Positions 1-13,397 of a DNA stretch of 54,112 nucleotides are shown piece after piece (positions within the stretch are counted from its first letter, which is position 1; each line of letters starts with the position of its first letter). The notes below the pieces were generated by a model. The model had not been told where the DNA came from. It worked only from the letters and a program-made list of their open reading frames with translations, and searched no databases. The position numbers and the translations under genes were made by a program. The DNA comes from Reclinomonas americana ATCC 50394 (lineage: Eukaryota): assembly GCA_048213135.1 (NCBI GenBank), contig PS015076.1, positions 1 to 54,112 of the forward strand. The letters run 5' to 3'.

Positions 1-3000
1 TTACCGGTCGGGCCCGACACAATGACGGGTGCGGTCACCGCGCCGCCAAACTTGAATCGCAGCTTTAGCGCCCTGCAACCACGAAGAAGCATGGTCACAC
101 TCACGGAACAGGAAACAAAACAAGAGCCCTCTCAAAACAGACGCACGTGGTTGGAGGCGGTGGCACCGCCAGCGGCCCTTGCGCCGGAGGCGATGCCAGA
201 GTGGCGGGAGATGCTCGCGCCTGTGGCGGAGTCGTCAGCATCGGCGCCGACGGCGTTCGCGGCATGGGAGGTGGGGGTGCGGCCACACGTTGAGAGACGT
301 CGTCGTCCACCTTCATTGCAGTGGCCGACGGTGTTGGCGGGGCGGCTGGAGCAGGTACGGCCGGTCCCTGGTGATCCAAGAGAAGAAAAAGCATGAGGCA
401 ACAAAAGGTTGCACGTCTCTCTGTTGCTAACTGCGCTCCCTTTCTTCTTTCTCCCTCCTTATCTTTGCCTGCGCACGCACCTGCAAGCGCAGCTTGACGA
501 TCGATCCAGTGGACCCAGGTCCGCGATTGGGATTGGGCGGAATGCGCAGCGACAACGTAATGGGCGGTGGCGTGATCAGCAAGCCACCTCCAGCCGATGG
601 TGGTGGGGCCGGCAGAATGTCGTCGTCGTCCAGCAATTCTTCTTCCTGCTCCGACTCGTATTTCCCCGATTCCGATTCCTCATCGTCGTCCTCATCCTCG
701 TCTTCCTCCCCCATGACCTGCTCGTAGCCCCTGATCACTGGCGGCGCGGTCCTCACCGGCGGTGGTGGTGCGGGCCTCACTGGAATGGCGTCGATGCCGG
801 TGCAGTCGGCGGCCTCGCCCGGGAAGAACGTGTCGACCGTCTCCTCAAACAACCGCTATTGTTGTTGTTGGTTGTTATCTCACGTGAGCAACACTCCCGC
901 ACTGCTCACCGCCGCCCCACCTCGACGCACTCACCTTCAACGCCACGGCGTCGCGCCACACCATCGAGTCTGGCCGATTGTACGTCTTGGCATTCAACAC
1001 CATGCGATCCATTTCGGCTCGCATTTGTGGCAGCGTGTGAATCACGCCGTTCTTTATTCTCCTGCAGCAAACAGCGACAATAACAGGATGAACAATCGCC
1101 GACACGTCACCGACCGGGAAAAAAGGGGGGAAAACGCAACTGTCGAATGTCCTTGAGACAGGTCGGCACCTGGATGATCTTGTAGTAGTCGGGGTACTGT
1201 CGTCGCGAGGGCAGATCGAAAAAGATGCCGGCCCGCGAGTGTCCGTCTTCGGGGTCCTTGGCGGCGCGAACCACCTGCCAGAGACAAAGCAAGCACCGCG
1301 TCACACAGATCATTCGTGAAGGGAAGAAGCAAGAACGACAAAATAACCTTCCAGATGCGCATCATCTTCTCGGCAATCGGCAGCTGCAAGTCACGCGCCT
1401 TCTTTTCGTCCATGCGCTTGGCGCGCACATCAATCTTGCGCCGTTTTCTCGGCACAAAATCACCCTGCGTCGCACGACAGGTCAGTAAGCGCACTCACTG
1501 ACACTCTGCAAACGCGCCCTGGTGACGCAACTCGTTCCCAGCGCTCGCGCCTCTCATTGACCAACGACTGCCACTTGGGAACTGCGCCGATTCATGCGTG
1601 AGCTTCGCACCCACACACCCTCACCTTCACCACCAGCACCAACACGCAACTCGTTCGTGAGCCGACAGCGGGAATGTAGCGCAGTCCAAGAGGCAGATTG
1701 CCGACTTGCCGCCGCAATACTCCATCGGGACCAACGTAGGTCGGCACTCCATCCGCCGACATGATGGGTCCGGCGGCGGCGGCGGCATCGCGTGCCCAGT
1801 CGGCCATCTCTGCCTCCCTCGCATCCTCGCCCTCCTCGTCGGATTCGTGAATCTCATACGAAGCGTCGACATCCTCCTCCTCCTCCTCATCCTCCTCGTC
1901 TTCGTCGTAGTCGTCATCGTACCCACGCCGTCCGCCACGCATCGAAGTGTACGACCGCGCACCCAGTGTCGACGGCGTGGCGACGGCCGCCGAGGCACCC
2001 TCAACTTCGCCGGCCGCAGCCAGGCGCGCTTGTCGGCGCGCTCTCCGACGCGCCAGGTACTCCTGCGGGTCATCGCCGCGATCCACAATCGTCAGCCACT
2101 GCTCCTCCGTCAGGTCGTCGCTCAGCGTCATTGACGAGTCGCGCTTGCGAAGTCCGCGGCCAAACGTCGCCTCCACGACTCCTGTGCAATGCGAAGAGGA
2201 TCAGAACAGTCAATAACTATGTAAACGCGCCCGGTGAACACTTCCGCACCTTGCGTGAACTCCGCCGCTTGCTCCGTGGTCAGCAGCCAGTCTGGCAACT
2301 CCCGATCGTCCATCAATCGACTGCACAGCAGTAGGGGTGAGGGCGGGTTACAATAAGAAGGAGGCGACAAACAAACCTGGGCTTGCGCGTCACCATGCTC
2401 TCCTGCACGACACAGAAAAAAGAAACACATGAGTGTGTGAATCGACGACCCTTCACATTCTACTTGCGCACCTCACGTAGTCGCGCAGCGTCCATTTCTT
2501 CAAACACCGTCAGCTCTTCGTCGCTGCGTGCAATCAGCCTGCAAGAACAAATGCCCATCAGTGTCTCATTTTCCGTTTGTACAAGCATCAGACAACGACG
2601 CAACGAGTTCAGTTCGTCGTCGCCGGCCAGGTGCGACGTCTTGCTGCGCAAGTGGCTGGCCAGCTTCAGCGCCTGCATCTTGTCGCGCAGCTTGGCATCG
2701 TTCTCCTCGGCTGCGTGCGACACTGCGCCGTCGAGCTTGTCGAATCCACCCATTTGAATGGCGGTGGCCTCATTGTCGAGCTTGGTGTACGCCGTATCCA
2801 AAATGTACTCCTCCATCACCGACTCGGTGACCAGGCGCAGCACCAGCACCGCCTTCTTCTGGCCGATGCGATGGACACGCGCCTCGGCTTGTCGATCCAG
2901 TTGTGGATTCCTGTCGCACACAACCACATGAGGCGGCGATGCAACAACAATAATAGCAAAACAACACTTGATCGTTCCGCACCATTCCGAATCAAAGAGA

Positions 3001-6000
3001 ATGACCGTGTCGGCCGTCTGCAGATTGATGCCAATGCCACCGGCCTTGGTGGAGAGCATGAAAATAAAGTGGCGCGAGTTGGGATCGTTCCACGTGTCGA
3101 CCAGATTGCCACGAGCGACGGTGCTTGTGGAACCGTCCAGGCGCAGGTACAGATACCGTCGCAAGTCAAAGTACTTTTCCAACACGTCCATCAGCTTGGT
3201 CATGGTGCAAAAGATGAGCACCTGTGTTCGAAAGGGATGAGTGTGCAGGGCTTGGCTCTCTCTTGCTTGCTTGCTCCTCTCCCATTCTCTCAAGACAATG
3301 GACGAAACTCGATGATCCGTGGCCTGCAACTTGGGCAGAATGCGGTCGAGCAGCTCGAACTTGCCCGACGAGCGCACAATGTTCTCGTCGAGCGTGTAAC
3401 TCGCGCGGTATTGACTGCCGAGCGAATATAATAATCATCAGCGTGTGTCAAACAAAGGAGCGCTGAGCGAGGGGGGCAATGTGATCGAAACTTGGCCAGC
3501 AGGTATGGATGATTGCAGACTTTGCGGAGCTGCACGTGAGTGTTGCTGAAGTTGACCTCCTTGATCTCGATAATGCTGCGTGGCAGCATGCAGTGAGTGG
3601 GCGGGATCACATGAAGGAAGGGGGCGTGTGTGACACGACGTACCTTCCATCCACGTCGCGATAGACAATTGGCACTTTCTTGCCGGCGATGTGCTGGTAC
3701 ATGATCTGCACGGATAGACAAAGTGAGCGAGACAAAGCAAATGCCTTGTTGTCAGTTGTGCGAGAATGACTGCAACAGCAAGGCGGAACAACACCACACA
3801 TAAGTGACGAGAGATACGCACCCTCTGCATGGCCGACAACTGGCACCGCAACACGCGCTCCGTCTTCTCCGGCAACTGGCCCTCGACATCCTTCTTGACG
3901 CGCCTCAGCAAAAATGGTCGCAACACCTGCAGACGAGCGCATGAGAATGCATCCACCGTCTTGCGCTCATTCCTCTCTCCCTTCTCCCTGCCGCCCACGC
4001 AACTTGATGAAGACGCCTGATGACCAGCAGCTTTTCGTCCTCCGAGATCTCAGCCACACCCTTTTTCGCAAACGGTGCACTGAACCACTCCTCGAATGTT
4101 TCGCTCGAGTTGAAGAGGTGCGGCAGCAAAAAGTTGAGCAGCGACCAGATTTCGGCGATGCGGTTCTGCACATTCGTCAGCAGCAAGCGAGACCCACATT
4201 TAAAACGCAGGACAAGACTCACGTGAAACGGCGTGCCGGTGAGCAGCAAGCGATGGCGGGAGACGACCTCCTTGGAGAGAATGGTGTGTAGACGGCACTG
4301 GTCGTTCTTCAGGCGGTGACCCTCGTCGAGAATGGTGTACAGCCACTGGAACTTGCGCAACCGCGACTTGTCCTTCATGACTAGCGTGTCGGTGGTGACC
4401 AGCACGTTGAACTTGCCGTCGCGGAACACCTCCGAGTTCACAATCGTGTTGCGCGCATCCTTGTTGCCGGCGTACATGATCTTGATAACGTCGGGCGCCC
4501 ACTTGTCGAACTCATCCTCCCAGTTTTGCAGGGTTCTGTCGGTGGGTGTGAGCGCGGAATGAGATACCAGACAAAGAGAGAAAGAGAGGAGGTGAACGAC
4601 GCAACGTGTTGGGCACAATGATCAAGTACGGTCCGTTGAGGCCCTTGTGCTCCATCAAGTAGGCGATGAGAGAAATGGTCTGGATGGTCTTTCCGAGACC
4701 CATCTCGTCGGCCAGGATGCCATTCAGGTTGTTGTTGTACAGCGACACGAGCCACTGCAGGCCCTCCAGCTGGTACTTTTTCAACTCACCACCACGCAGC
4801 ATTGTCGGCTGCTCCACAATCAACTCTTCGTGCTTGTGGATTACGCGATAATACTGTGTGCGCACGCGGTGGTGAGGCAGCGCTCCCAGCACATTGTTTC
4901 AGAGAGAGACACACACACACCTCCTTTGTGTGAGCCGTGCGCGCCTCGGCAGCCGCTGACTCGTCGGCCGGGGTCTCCTCTTCGGCAGCGGCTCCGGCAC
5001 CTGCCGCTGCTGCTGCCGCCTCGGCGGCATCCTGATGATGCATCAGCACCGGATCGGCGCTGCTGGCCGACAACTCGCGCGCAATCTCATTGATCGAGTG
5101 CCCGCGCAGTTCCGCCAGCTCCTTCTCCACCAGCGCGATCTCGTCGGCGGCCGCCGGTGCGGTGGTGTCCACGGCGGCGGCTGTGCGCAGCGAGGGCATG
5201 AGAGGAAATTGAGAAGGATCCTCGTCTCACAGCCACGACAAACCGTCCGACACCACAGCTTCGAGGTCGCGCTGCTGCTGCACGGCGGTGCCGATGCGCT
5301 TCATAAAGTCGTCGGTCATCTTCAGCAGCGACACCAGGCGACTCTTTTTGGTGCCCTCGAGCATGGCCACGTACGCCTCCAGGTCGTCCTCACGCAGACG
5401 CTTCATGCGCTCGTTCTCCTGCCGCCGGTCGGCCGTCTCACGCTCACGCTCTCGTCGCAACGCCTCCTTTTTCACGGCGGCCATGACAATCTTTTGGCGC
5501 TTGCGCGTGTCCGTCCACGAGGCGGTCAAGTTCTCCCTGAATTCCATGGCTTTCTTCAGGAACAACATTTGTCGGCGGTACACGGCGTCCACGATGCGGC
5601 GGGTCTGCCAGGGAAAAAAGATGAGAAGGAGAAGGTGGGAGGAGCAAAGGGCGAGTAGTACCTCCTTCTCAACACCCTTGTCACTCAACCGCTGCGTCGC
5701 TTGCAGACGACCGTTCACCAGCAGAGCGAGAGCGCCTTGGCGTGTGCGATTGAACATGCTCAGGTCGCCGTTGGAGAAGTAGTCGGCCAGCAGCAGTCGC
5801 TCGTTGAGGGAGGTTCCGTTGCCGGAGTCTGTGAGGAGGGAAAAGGGATGGAGGGAGGGAAAGGGGAGGGAGTGAGGGAAAGGGGGAGGGGGAAAGGGGG
5901 AGAGGGAGAGAGAGGGAAAGGGGGAAAGGGGGAAAGGGGGAAAGGGGGAAAGGGGGAAAGGGGAGGGAGAGAGAGTTGTCGCTGGGAAAGATAAAGGAGG

Positions 6001-6190
6001 AGACAAGAACGAGAGCTTCTCCAGAACGCAACTCGAGAACAAATCCGACCGCGCAATGCACACATCGTGAATCCACCGCTCGGTCTCCTCATGTCGCAGC
6101 TCGACCTCTCGCACCACCTCCCTCTGCAGAGGTGCCACCTGCAAGCCGTGTGCGAGCAGCACCGTGCGACGACCACCAGCAGTGTCCACT
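1..6190 (-). CDS. SNF2: SWI/SNF ATPase of BRG1/BRM/Snf2 type (HSA-like helix, SNF2 helicase lobes, SnAC-like region, bromodomain); about 20+ introns; 5' end probably in gap 6456-6792, 3' end probably beyond the window edge
   Basis: Spliced exons give [131 protein letters not shown]...FGRGLRKR, and bromodomain [17 protein letters not shown]...[10 protein letters not shown]. Confidence 0.95.
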
Positions 6191-6232
6191 GAGAGAGAGA
6201 GATGAGAGACAAGTCGAATTGGAATGCAAAGA

Positions 6233-6414
6233 GTGAGAGAGAGAGAGAGAGAGAGTGTGTGTGTGTGTGTGTGTATGTGTGTGAGTGTGTGTGTGCGTGT
6301 GTGCGTGTGTGAGTGTGAGTGAGTGTGTGTGTGTGAGTGAGTGTGTGTGTGTGAGTGAGTGTGCGTGTGAGTGAGTGTGAGTGAGTGTGAGTGAGTGTGA
6401 GTGAGTGAGTGTGT

Positions 6415-6455
<41 letters not shown>
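6233..6455. repeat. (GA)n/(GT)n/(GAGT)n microsatellite running into an assembly gap
   Basis: Directly visible dinucleotide and tetranucleotide arrays. Confidence 0.95.
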
Positions 6456-7387
6456 NNNNNNNNNNNNNNNNNNNNNNNNNNNNNNNNNNNNNNNNNNNNN
6501 NNNNNNNNNNNNNNNNNNNNNNNNNNNNNNNNNNNNNNNNNNNNNNNNNNNNNNNNNNNNNNNNNNNNNNNNNNNNNNNNNNNNNNNNNNNNNNNNNNNN
6601 NNNNNNNNNNNNNNNNNNNNNNNNNNNNNNNNNNNNNNNNNNNNNNNNNNNNNNNNNNNNNNNNNNNNNNNNNNNNNNNNNNNNNNNNNNNNNNNNNNNN
6701 NNNNNNNNNNNNNNNNNNNNNNNNNNNNNNNNNNNNNNNNNNNNNNNNNNNNNNNNNNNNNNNNNNNNNNNNNNNNNNNNNNNNNNNNNNNNTAAAAATG
6801 AGAAAGCGCAGGACGCCACTCACTTGTCTCTCCTTGTTTCGCATGCAGTAGGCACGCACGGGTACTGCAAAGCTCGAGGGTGCTTGCGTGGATTCCCAAG
6901 GCAAGCAGAGTGCAATCAGTTGCGATTTGCTTCGAATTCTCTCCTCGACGTCGACGTCAAGCTCCTCGTAGCACATAGCGCTTGCTGTTTGTGTTGTGGC
7001 CTATAGGTGTGACTGCGCAGACACTTTTCGCTATAACCGCCGAGTCTGCATTAGCACCGGCGCGCTCTGTGAGTCCGGATCATCGCGAATTCGACTTCGA
7101 CGTTGACCATGCAACCAGCCTCACATCGCTTTGCTAATTCAAACAGCAGCACCCACGCACGTACACCATGCTTATTACCTCAACTGCGCTCCAGAAACGC
7201 TTGCAGAAGCGCCAGCTCCGAACGTCGACATTCGAAATTCTCTTCCCATTGCACCTCAATCGCCTCGGATTCAACAGTACAATGCCTATCACTATGCAAC
7301 TGTAGTTGTACCGATGTTGATTCGAGTTGCCAAACGCCGTTGCGTAAGGTTCTTTTATCGACTTGAAATTTCATCACTCAATCCGCC

Positions 7388-7821
7388 ATGCTGCTCCTCG
7401 CGCGCGGGCGAATCGCCGCCTCTGCGTCGCTGATGCAGCTGCGTGCGTTCTCCGCCAAGGCTGCTGCTACAGGTGCGTGTGAGTGTGCGTGTGTTTTGTG
7501 CGCGGAAATGGCCACAGTGTTTGTGTTGAGAGAGAGAGAGTGTGCTCTGTGTGTCTCCTCTTGTGTGTATGAGAGAGAGATGGATGCATGTAGCGTGTGA
7601 GTGAGAGAGGCACTCTTGCGCTCACTGATGCACTTTCACGCAAGTGATTGCCTCCGCGTTTCTCCAAGTTTTGCACTCTGTCTCTCTCTCACACACACAT
7701 ACACACGCATACACACTCTCTCACACACATACATACTCTCACACTCACGCTTGCACACACTTGCGCACACTTTTGCACACTTTTGCACTCACTTTCTCTC
7801 TCTCACACGCACACACTCTCA

Positions 7822-7868
<47 letters not shown>

Positions 7869-10784
7869 CTACTCTACTACTCTCTACGTAGTACGTACAC
7901 CTACGTACGTACTACTACGTACGTACTACGTACGTACGTACGTTACGTNNNNNNNNNNNNNNNNNNNNGCGCGCCACTGAACATCGTCTCGACGTTGTCG
8001 GTGGTACGTACGGACGGACCGGACGTAGCGAACGTACGAAGACGACGTGCGAGATGGTGTGTAGGAGGGAGGAAGGAGGGAGGGAGGGAGGAGAGAGAGA
8101 GAGAGAGAGAGAGAGAGGGACACTCAGAGCTCTTCACCTCTTGTGCCTGTCTTCTGTCTTCTCTTTTCTCGCTCACTCTCTCACACACGTTCTCTCTCTC
8201 TCACATGCACTCTCTCTTTCTCTGCGTGCGCGTGTGTGTGCATGTGTGTGCCTGACTCCGCGAGTGTGTCCTTGTTGGAGAGAGACAGTGGTCAGGGAAT
8301 GTCGGAATCTTGTCGGGCAGTGGATGCACTGTGTTTTGCTGTGTGTTAGGCGACGCGGAATGTCTCCTGTTGATTCAGCAAACAACAGAAAGAAGAGACT
8401 TGTGTCTATGCAGGGACCTTGCCTGTCGATGCACCGTCAGTGTGCAGCTAGAAGACTTTCATGATGTCATGTGTTGGTGCACTGTGTCTGTTCATCACCT
8501 GTTGTGCCTTGCCAGTCAGTGTGCAGTTAGAAAGCCCATGAGACTTTCATGATGTTATGCGTGTCGGTGCACTGTGTCTGTTCATCACCTGTTGTGCCTT
8601 GCCAGTCAGTGTGCAGTTAGAAAGCCCATGAGACTTTCATTGTGGCATGCGTGTTGGTGCACTGTGTCTGTTCATCACCTGGTGTGCCTTGCCAGCCAGT
8701 GTGCAGTTAGAAAGCCCATGAGACTTTCATGATGTCATGCGTGTCGGTGCGCTGTGTGTCTGTTCATCACCTGGTGTGCCGTGTCAGTCAATGCACTGTG
8801 CCTGTTAAGACGTGTCTCGCCTGATAGTGCCTCTCTGTGTCTGGCAAGAAGAATGAGAAGACTACTTTGTCGTGTCTTGCCTGTCTATCCCTCTTCACTG
8901 TTCTCCTGCACAACAGAGAGTTGGAAGAAAGTCGTGCTTTCTTTTGCCAAGAGAAGTCGTCTGTTGAGAGAGAAGTCCTCTTGTCGAGCCTCTCATCTTC
9001 CCCCTATTCCACCCTTTTCCTTCTTTCACCCAGGCCGACGAAGCATACCTCATTGGACCGCCGGCTGCACGCGAGTCGTACCTCGTGGGCGAGCGAATCA
9101 TTCAGCTGGCCAAGAGTGTCGGCGCGCAGGCCATCCACCCGGGCTACGGCTTCCTCAGTGAGAATGCCGAGTTCTCGGAGATGTGCGACAAGAACGGCGT
9201 CATTTTCATGGGCCCTCCGCCCTCTGCCATTCGTGCCATGGGCTCCAAGAGGCAAGTGTCTATCCGGTGACTTGTGTTGATGGTGTTGTTGTTGACGACG
9301 AGGCCGCGCAGTGAGTCGAAGCGCATCATGGAGGCCGCCAATGTGGCCTGCGTGCCGGGCTACCATGGCGACGATCAGTCACTGGAGACACTGTTGCGTG
9401 AGGCCGACCGCATCCGCTACCCAGTAATGATCAAGGCCGTGTCGGGTGGTGGCGGCAAGGGCATGCGCATTGTGGAGAAGAAGGAGGTGGGGGGTCACAT
9501 GCACCATCATTGTGCGTGGAAGAATGCTGAAACATCAGTGCTGCAGGACTTTGTGGAGATGCTGGCCAGCGCGAAACGCGAGGCCATGGCTTCGTTCAAG
9601 GACGATCGTGTCCTCGTCGAAAAGTACATTCAGCGACCACGCCATGTCGAGTTCCAAGTGTTTGCCGACATGCATGGAAACGCCGTGTACTTGTTCGAGC
9701 GCGATTGCAGTGTGCAGCGGAGGCATCAGAAGATTCTCGAGGAGGCGCCAGCGGTGAGTGGCTCGTGGGAAAGCAGGAGTGCAAGAGAAGTGTCGTCCCC
9801 TCTCCTGCGAATCTGCCCTTGGCTCTCCCCTGCAAAACATGCACTCGCTCCTCCATCAATCAATCTACGTTCCTTCTCGATCTGTCGTGTTGCATTTCAC
9901 GTTCTGAGTCAGAGACCACTGTCCTTCTCCCTTCTCCTCTCCTTCCCTTCCTTCCTCCCATCATCTCTCCCTCGGTCTCTCGCACTCCTTTCTCTCTCCC
10001 ATCCCATTCCCTTCCCTTCCTTCTCCCTTATTCTTTCTTTTTTTCACTGCTCTCTGTCTCTCTTCCCCGCTTATCTCCAAATTTCTTATCGTGCTGTCGT
10101 TCTCCCTCCTTCACTCCACGGATCTCTCTGTCCCTCCCTTCCCCATAGTCTCCTTCCCCTCACCCCCCCCCCTTTTTTTCCCGCATGTTCTCACAGCCTG
10201 GACTCTCGGAGGAACTGCGCAAGCAAATGGGCGAAGCCGCGGTGGCTGCGGCTCGCGCTGTCGGCTACGTGGGCGCCGGTGCGTGTCCCACCGCCCCTTT
10301 CTCACTCTCCGACTTACTCTCACCCGCCCTTTTCCTGGGCACAGGCACTGTGGAGTTCATTTTCGACGTCACCGAGGGCACCTTCTACTTTATGGAGATG
10401 AACACGCGTCTGCAAGTAGAACACCCGGTCACTGAGGCCATCACTGGCGAGGATTTGGTGCGGTGGCAGGTGCTGGTGGCGCGCGGCGAGACGCTGCCAA
10501 AGGCGCAGCACGAGCTGAAGCGAATTGGACACGCCATTGAGGCTCGCATCTACTCGGAGAATCCCGACAAGTTGCGTAGCTGGAGGCATTGACGGACTGA
10601 GTGTGTGGCACAATCGCTTTTGTTGCTCCTCTGTCTCACGCACAGTGCGTGTATCTGTGTGTATCACTCTCGCTCTCTCAGAACATGATTTGTGTTTTTC
10701 TTTCTGGATTTCTCTGCTTTCGTCTCTTCCTCTCTGTTTACCAGTGCGCCCTCTTATTCTGACCTTCTCTCTCTCTCTTTCTCT

Positions 10785-10833
<49 letters not shown>

Positions 10834-11055
10834 ACTCTCTCTCTCAGTGTGTTTGTGCTTTCCTCTTTTCTCAATGCATGTGTTAGTCATCTGTTTATCT
10901 TTGTGCCCCCCCTCTCTCTCTGTCTTCTCTCTCTTTGTGTGTGTGTGAATGTGAATGTGTGTGTGTGTCAGTCAGTCTGTCTCTATTTGTTTGCCTGTCT
11001 CCTACTGCCTCTTATTTTCCGACCTGACTTTTCGTGTTTCATCCCCTCTCTCTCT

Positions 11056-11092
<37 letters not shown>

Positions 11093-11112
11093 NNNNNNNN
11101 NNNNNNNNNNNN

Positions 11113-11185
<73 letters not shown>

Positions 11186-12510
11186 GGGAGAGAGGGAGAG
11201 AGGGAGAGAAGGGATAAAAGAGGGCAAGGGAGAGAGAGAGAAGGGGAGTGAGAGGAGAAAAGAGAAACAGACGCACACTCGCTCACACGGGCACTCGCAA
11301 AGGAGAGAGACACACGCACACACGCGCGCGCTCACTCGTGCACTTACGCAGAGACAGACCGAGAAAGATTATATACACCTGAAGAGTGAAAGAGTGGGAG
11401 AGACGCACACGAGCTCACTCGCGCACCCACTAACTCTTGCACACACGCGCACACTCACACAGAGAGACAGACAGACAGACAAATACACAGGGAGAGAGAG
11501 AGACACACACAAATGCAAGTGTACACATTTGTGAGCGCGCGTAAAATATCTCTTATACACACGCGCACACTCAGAGAGAGAGAGAGAGAGAGAGAGAAAG
11601 AAAGAGGGACATGAATACGTGGCCACTCATGCACTGACTCACTCTTGCACACAGACACACACACACGCGCACTCCCTCGCCCATACACGCACCTTTCAGC
11701 GCAGCAGCATCGACAGAGAGCTGCACAGCGGCCATCAGCGCCGCAGCCTCCGTCGGCACCTTGGTCAGCGGTGCAAACAGCGCGTCGCGGTTCTCCTGCA
11801 ACACCAATGTTAGTCTCATCTCTGACGCGCGCACCCACATCAATATAGACCTTGATAAAGTTGGTGTCGACTGCACCACTGCAGTACGCCGGGTGGCGGG
11901 CACAGGCCTTGAGGAACTCAATGTTGGTCGGCAGCCCAAACACCTGCACGCACACCGAGTGAGTGAGCACGCACACCGAAAAACAACAACAAAAAGAAGT
12001 GCGACGCACATGGAACTGGTTCAGGGCGCGGCTCAACGCGCGCAACGCCTCCTCGCGGTTCGGCGCATTCACCACCATCTTGGCAATCATCGGATCGTAG
12101 TAGATGCTGACCTCGTCGTTCTCACGCACGCCCGAGTCGATGCGCACGGCAGTCGCCGCGGCGGGAACAACAAACGACACGTGGTTCGGCGTCGACATGT
12201 GAAGCAGCTTGCCCGTGCCCGGGAGGAAGTTGCTGGGTGCGCATGCAAGGTGAGACAGGGAGGGGAGGGAGGGGGAAGAGAGGGGGAAGGGAATAGGGAG
12301 GGGAAGGAATAGAATGACAGAGAGAGAGAGAGAGAGAGAGAGGAGGAGAGAGAGAGGAGGAGACGAAACGAAACGAAAGTACGNNNNNNNNNNNNNNNNN
12401 NNNNNNNNNNNNNNNNNNNNNNNNNNNNNNNNNNNNNNNNNNNNNNNNNNNNNNNNNNNNNTCTCTCTCCTCTCTCTTCTTCCTTCCTCTCCTCCTCCTC
12501 CTCCTCCTCC

Positions 12511-12562
<52 letters not shown>

Positions 12563-13397
12563 CTCGCCGACTACAGTCGACAGCAACCCCGGCCCGTGGA
12601 CTCAACTGTCGGGCTTCCGCACCACCGGTGCTGCCACTCGCAAGTTGAACATCACCATGCCCGTCGACATGCATGTCGAATCGGGCACGGTGAGCACGTC
12701 GGTGGATGCCACCATCGAGTCGGCCAAGAAGGTGCACATTGCCACTGCCGATGGCGCATTTGATGTGGAGGTCAAGAGCTTCAATCGCCTGCCGTCTGCC
12801 TCGGAAGGTGCGTGCTGTGGGGAAAGGGTGCGTAGAAGCACAGCGCTTTCTGCCGCTGTCGCTCACCACCACCACCGTGCACAGCCGAGGCCTTCGTGCT
12901 GGTGGCCATTGTCAACGGCGAGCGCCGAGAGATCAAGTACGTGAATCACGCCGCGAGCGATCGTATGGCCTTGTTCCTCGACCGTGGCCGTCGCTACGAT
13001 TTTGTGCGCCAGCGTGGTTTGTCGCCGACTCGCTATGCCTTTTCTGCGTTGTTGTTTTGGGCCTCTCACTGTCACGTCCACAACAGGTCACTATGAGCGC
13101 GCTGCCGCTGGTGCGGGCCACTCACTGATGGCTCCAATGCCTGGCAAGATTGTCAAGGCGATGGTCAGCAAGGGCGAAACCGTCAAGAAGGGCCAGCCGC
13201 TTCTCATTCTGGAGGCCATGAAGATGGAGGTTTGTTGCCCCAAGTTATTTCTCTCTGCTTTTCACCTTCTCAAAATTTCTCTCGCTGCTCTCCAGCACAC
13301 GGTCAAGGCACCGGCCGATGGTGTGATCGAGTCGCTGAATTTCACAGTTGGCGGCATGGTGGGCGAGAAGCAAATGTTGGTGACGTTTAAGGAATGA
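7388..13397 (+). CDS. MCCC1: Methylcrotonoyl-CoA carboxylase alpha (biotin-containing) subunit, mitochondrial; multi-exon; the IANRGEIA exon is not visible and the internal exons at 11693-12232 are on the opposite strand
   Basis: Presequence-like [83 protein letters not shown], and biotinyl APMPGKIV...EAMKMEHTVKAP (MEH rather than the MQN typical of PCCA). Confidence 0.88.
8436..8780. repeat. Intronic minisatellite, 90-bp unit, about 4 copies
   Basis: GTGCAGTTAGAAAGCCCATGAGACTTTCAT recurs at 8521, 8611 and 8701; a shortened first copy starts near 8436. Confidence 0.93.
11693..12232 (-). CDS. MCCC1: Three internal MCCC1 exons on an apparently inverted contig (11113-12383)
   Basis: NFLPGTGKL...[37 protein letters not shown]...VDTNFIK, ENRDALF; splice phases fit the + strand exons ending at 10570 and starting at 12577. 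Confidence 0.9.

Noticed and set aside
6793-7374. Short minus-strand ORFs (MKFQVDKRTL..., CYEELDVDVEERIR...) starting 13 bp from the MCCC1 ATG
   Set aside because: No recognisable motif and no consistent spliced model; they may be SNF2 5' exons or a small gene, but I cannot support either.
7885-8050. TACG/ACGT-rich palindromic-looking sequence on both sides of a gap
   Set aside because: It sits at contig ends after long microsatellites and mirrors the TACG flow order of pyrosequencing, so it is most likely low-quality read tails; similar noise at 12361-12383.
7472-9033. Apparent loss of the IANRGEIA exon of MCCC1
   Set aside because: A nominal 20-N gap at 7949-7968 can hide it.
10620-11620. 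ORFs of poly-SL, poly-RE, poly-HT, poly-CV or X runs, here and elsewhere
   Set aside because: Translations of microsatellites and N-gaps.
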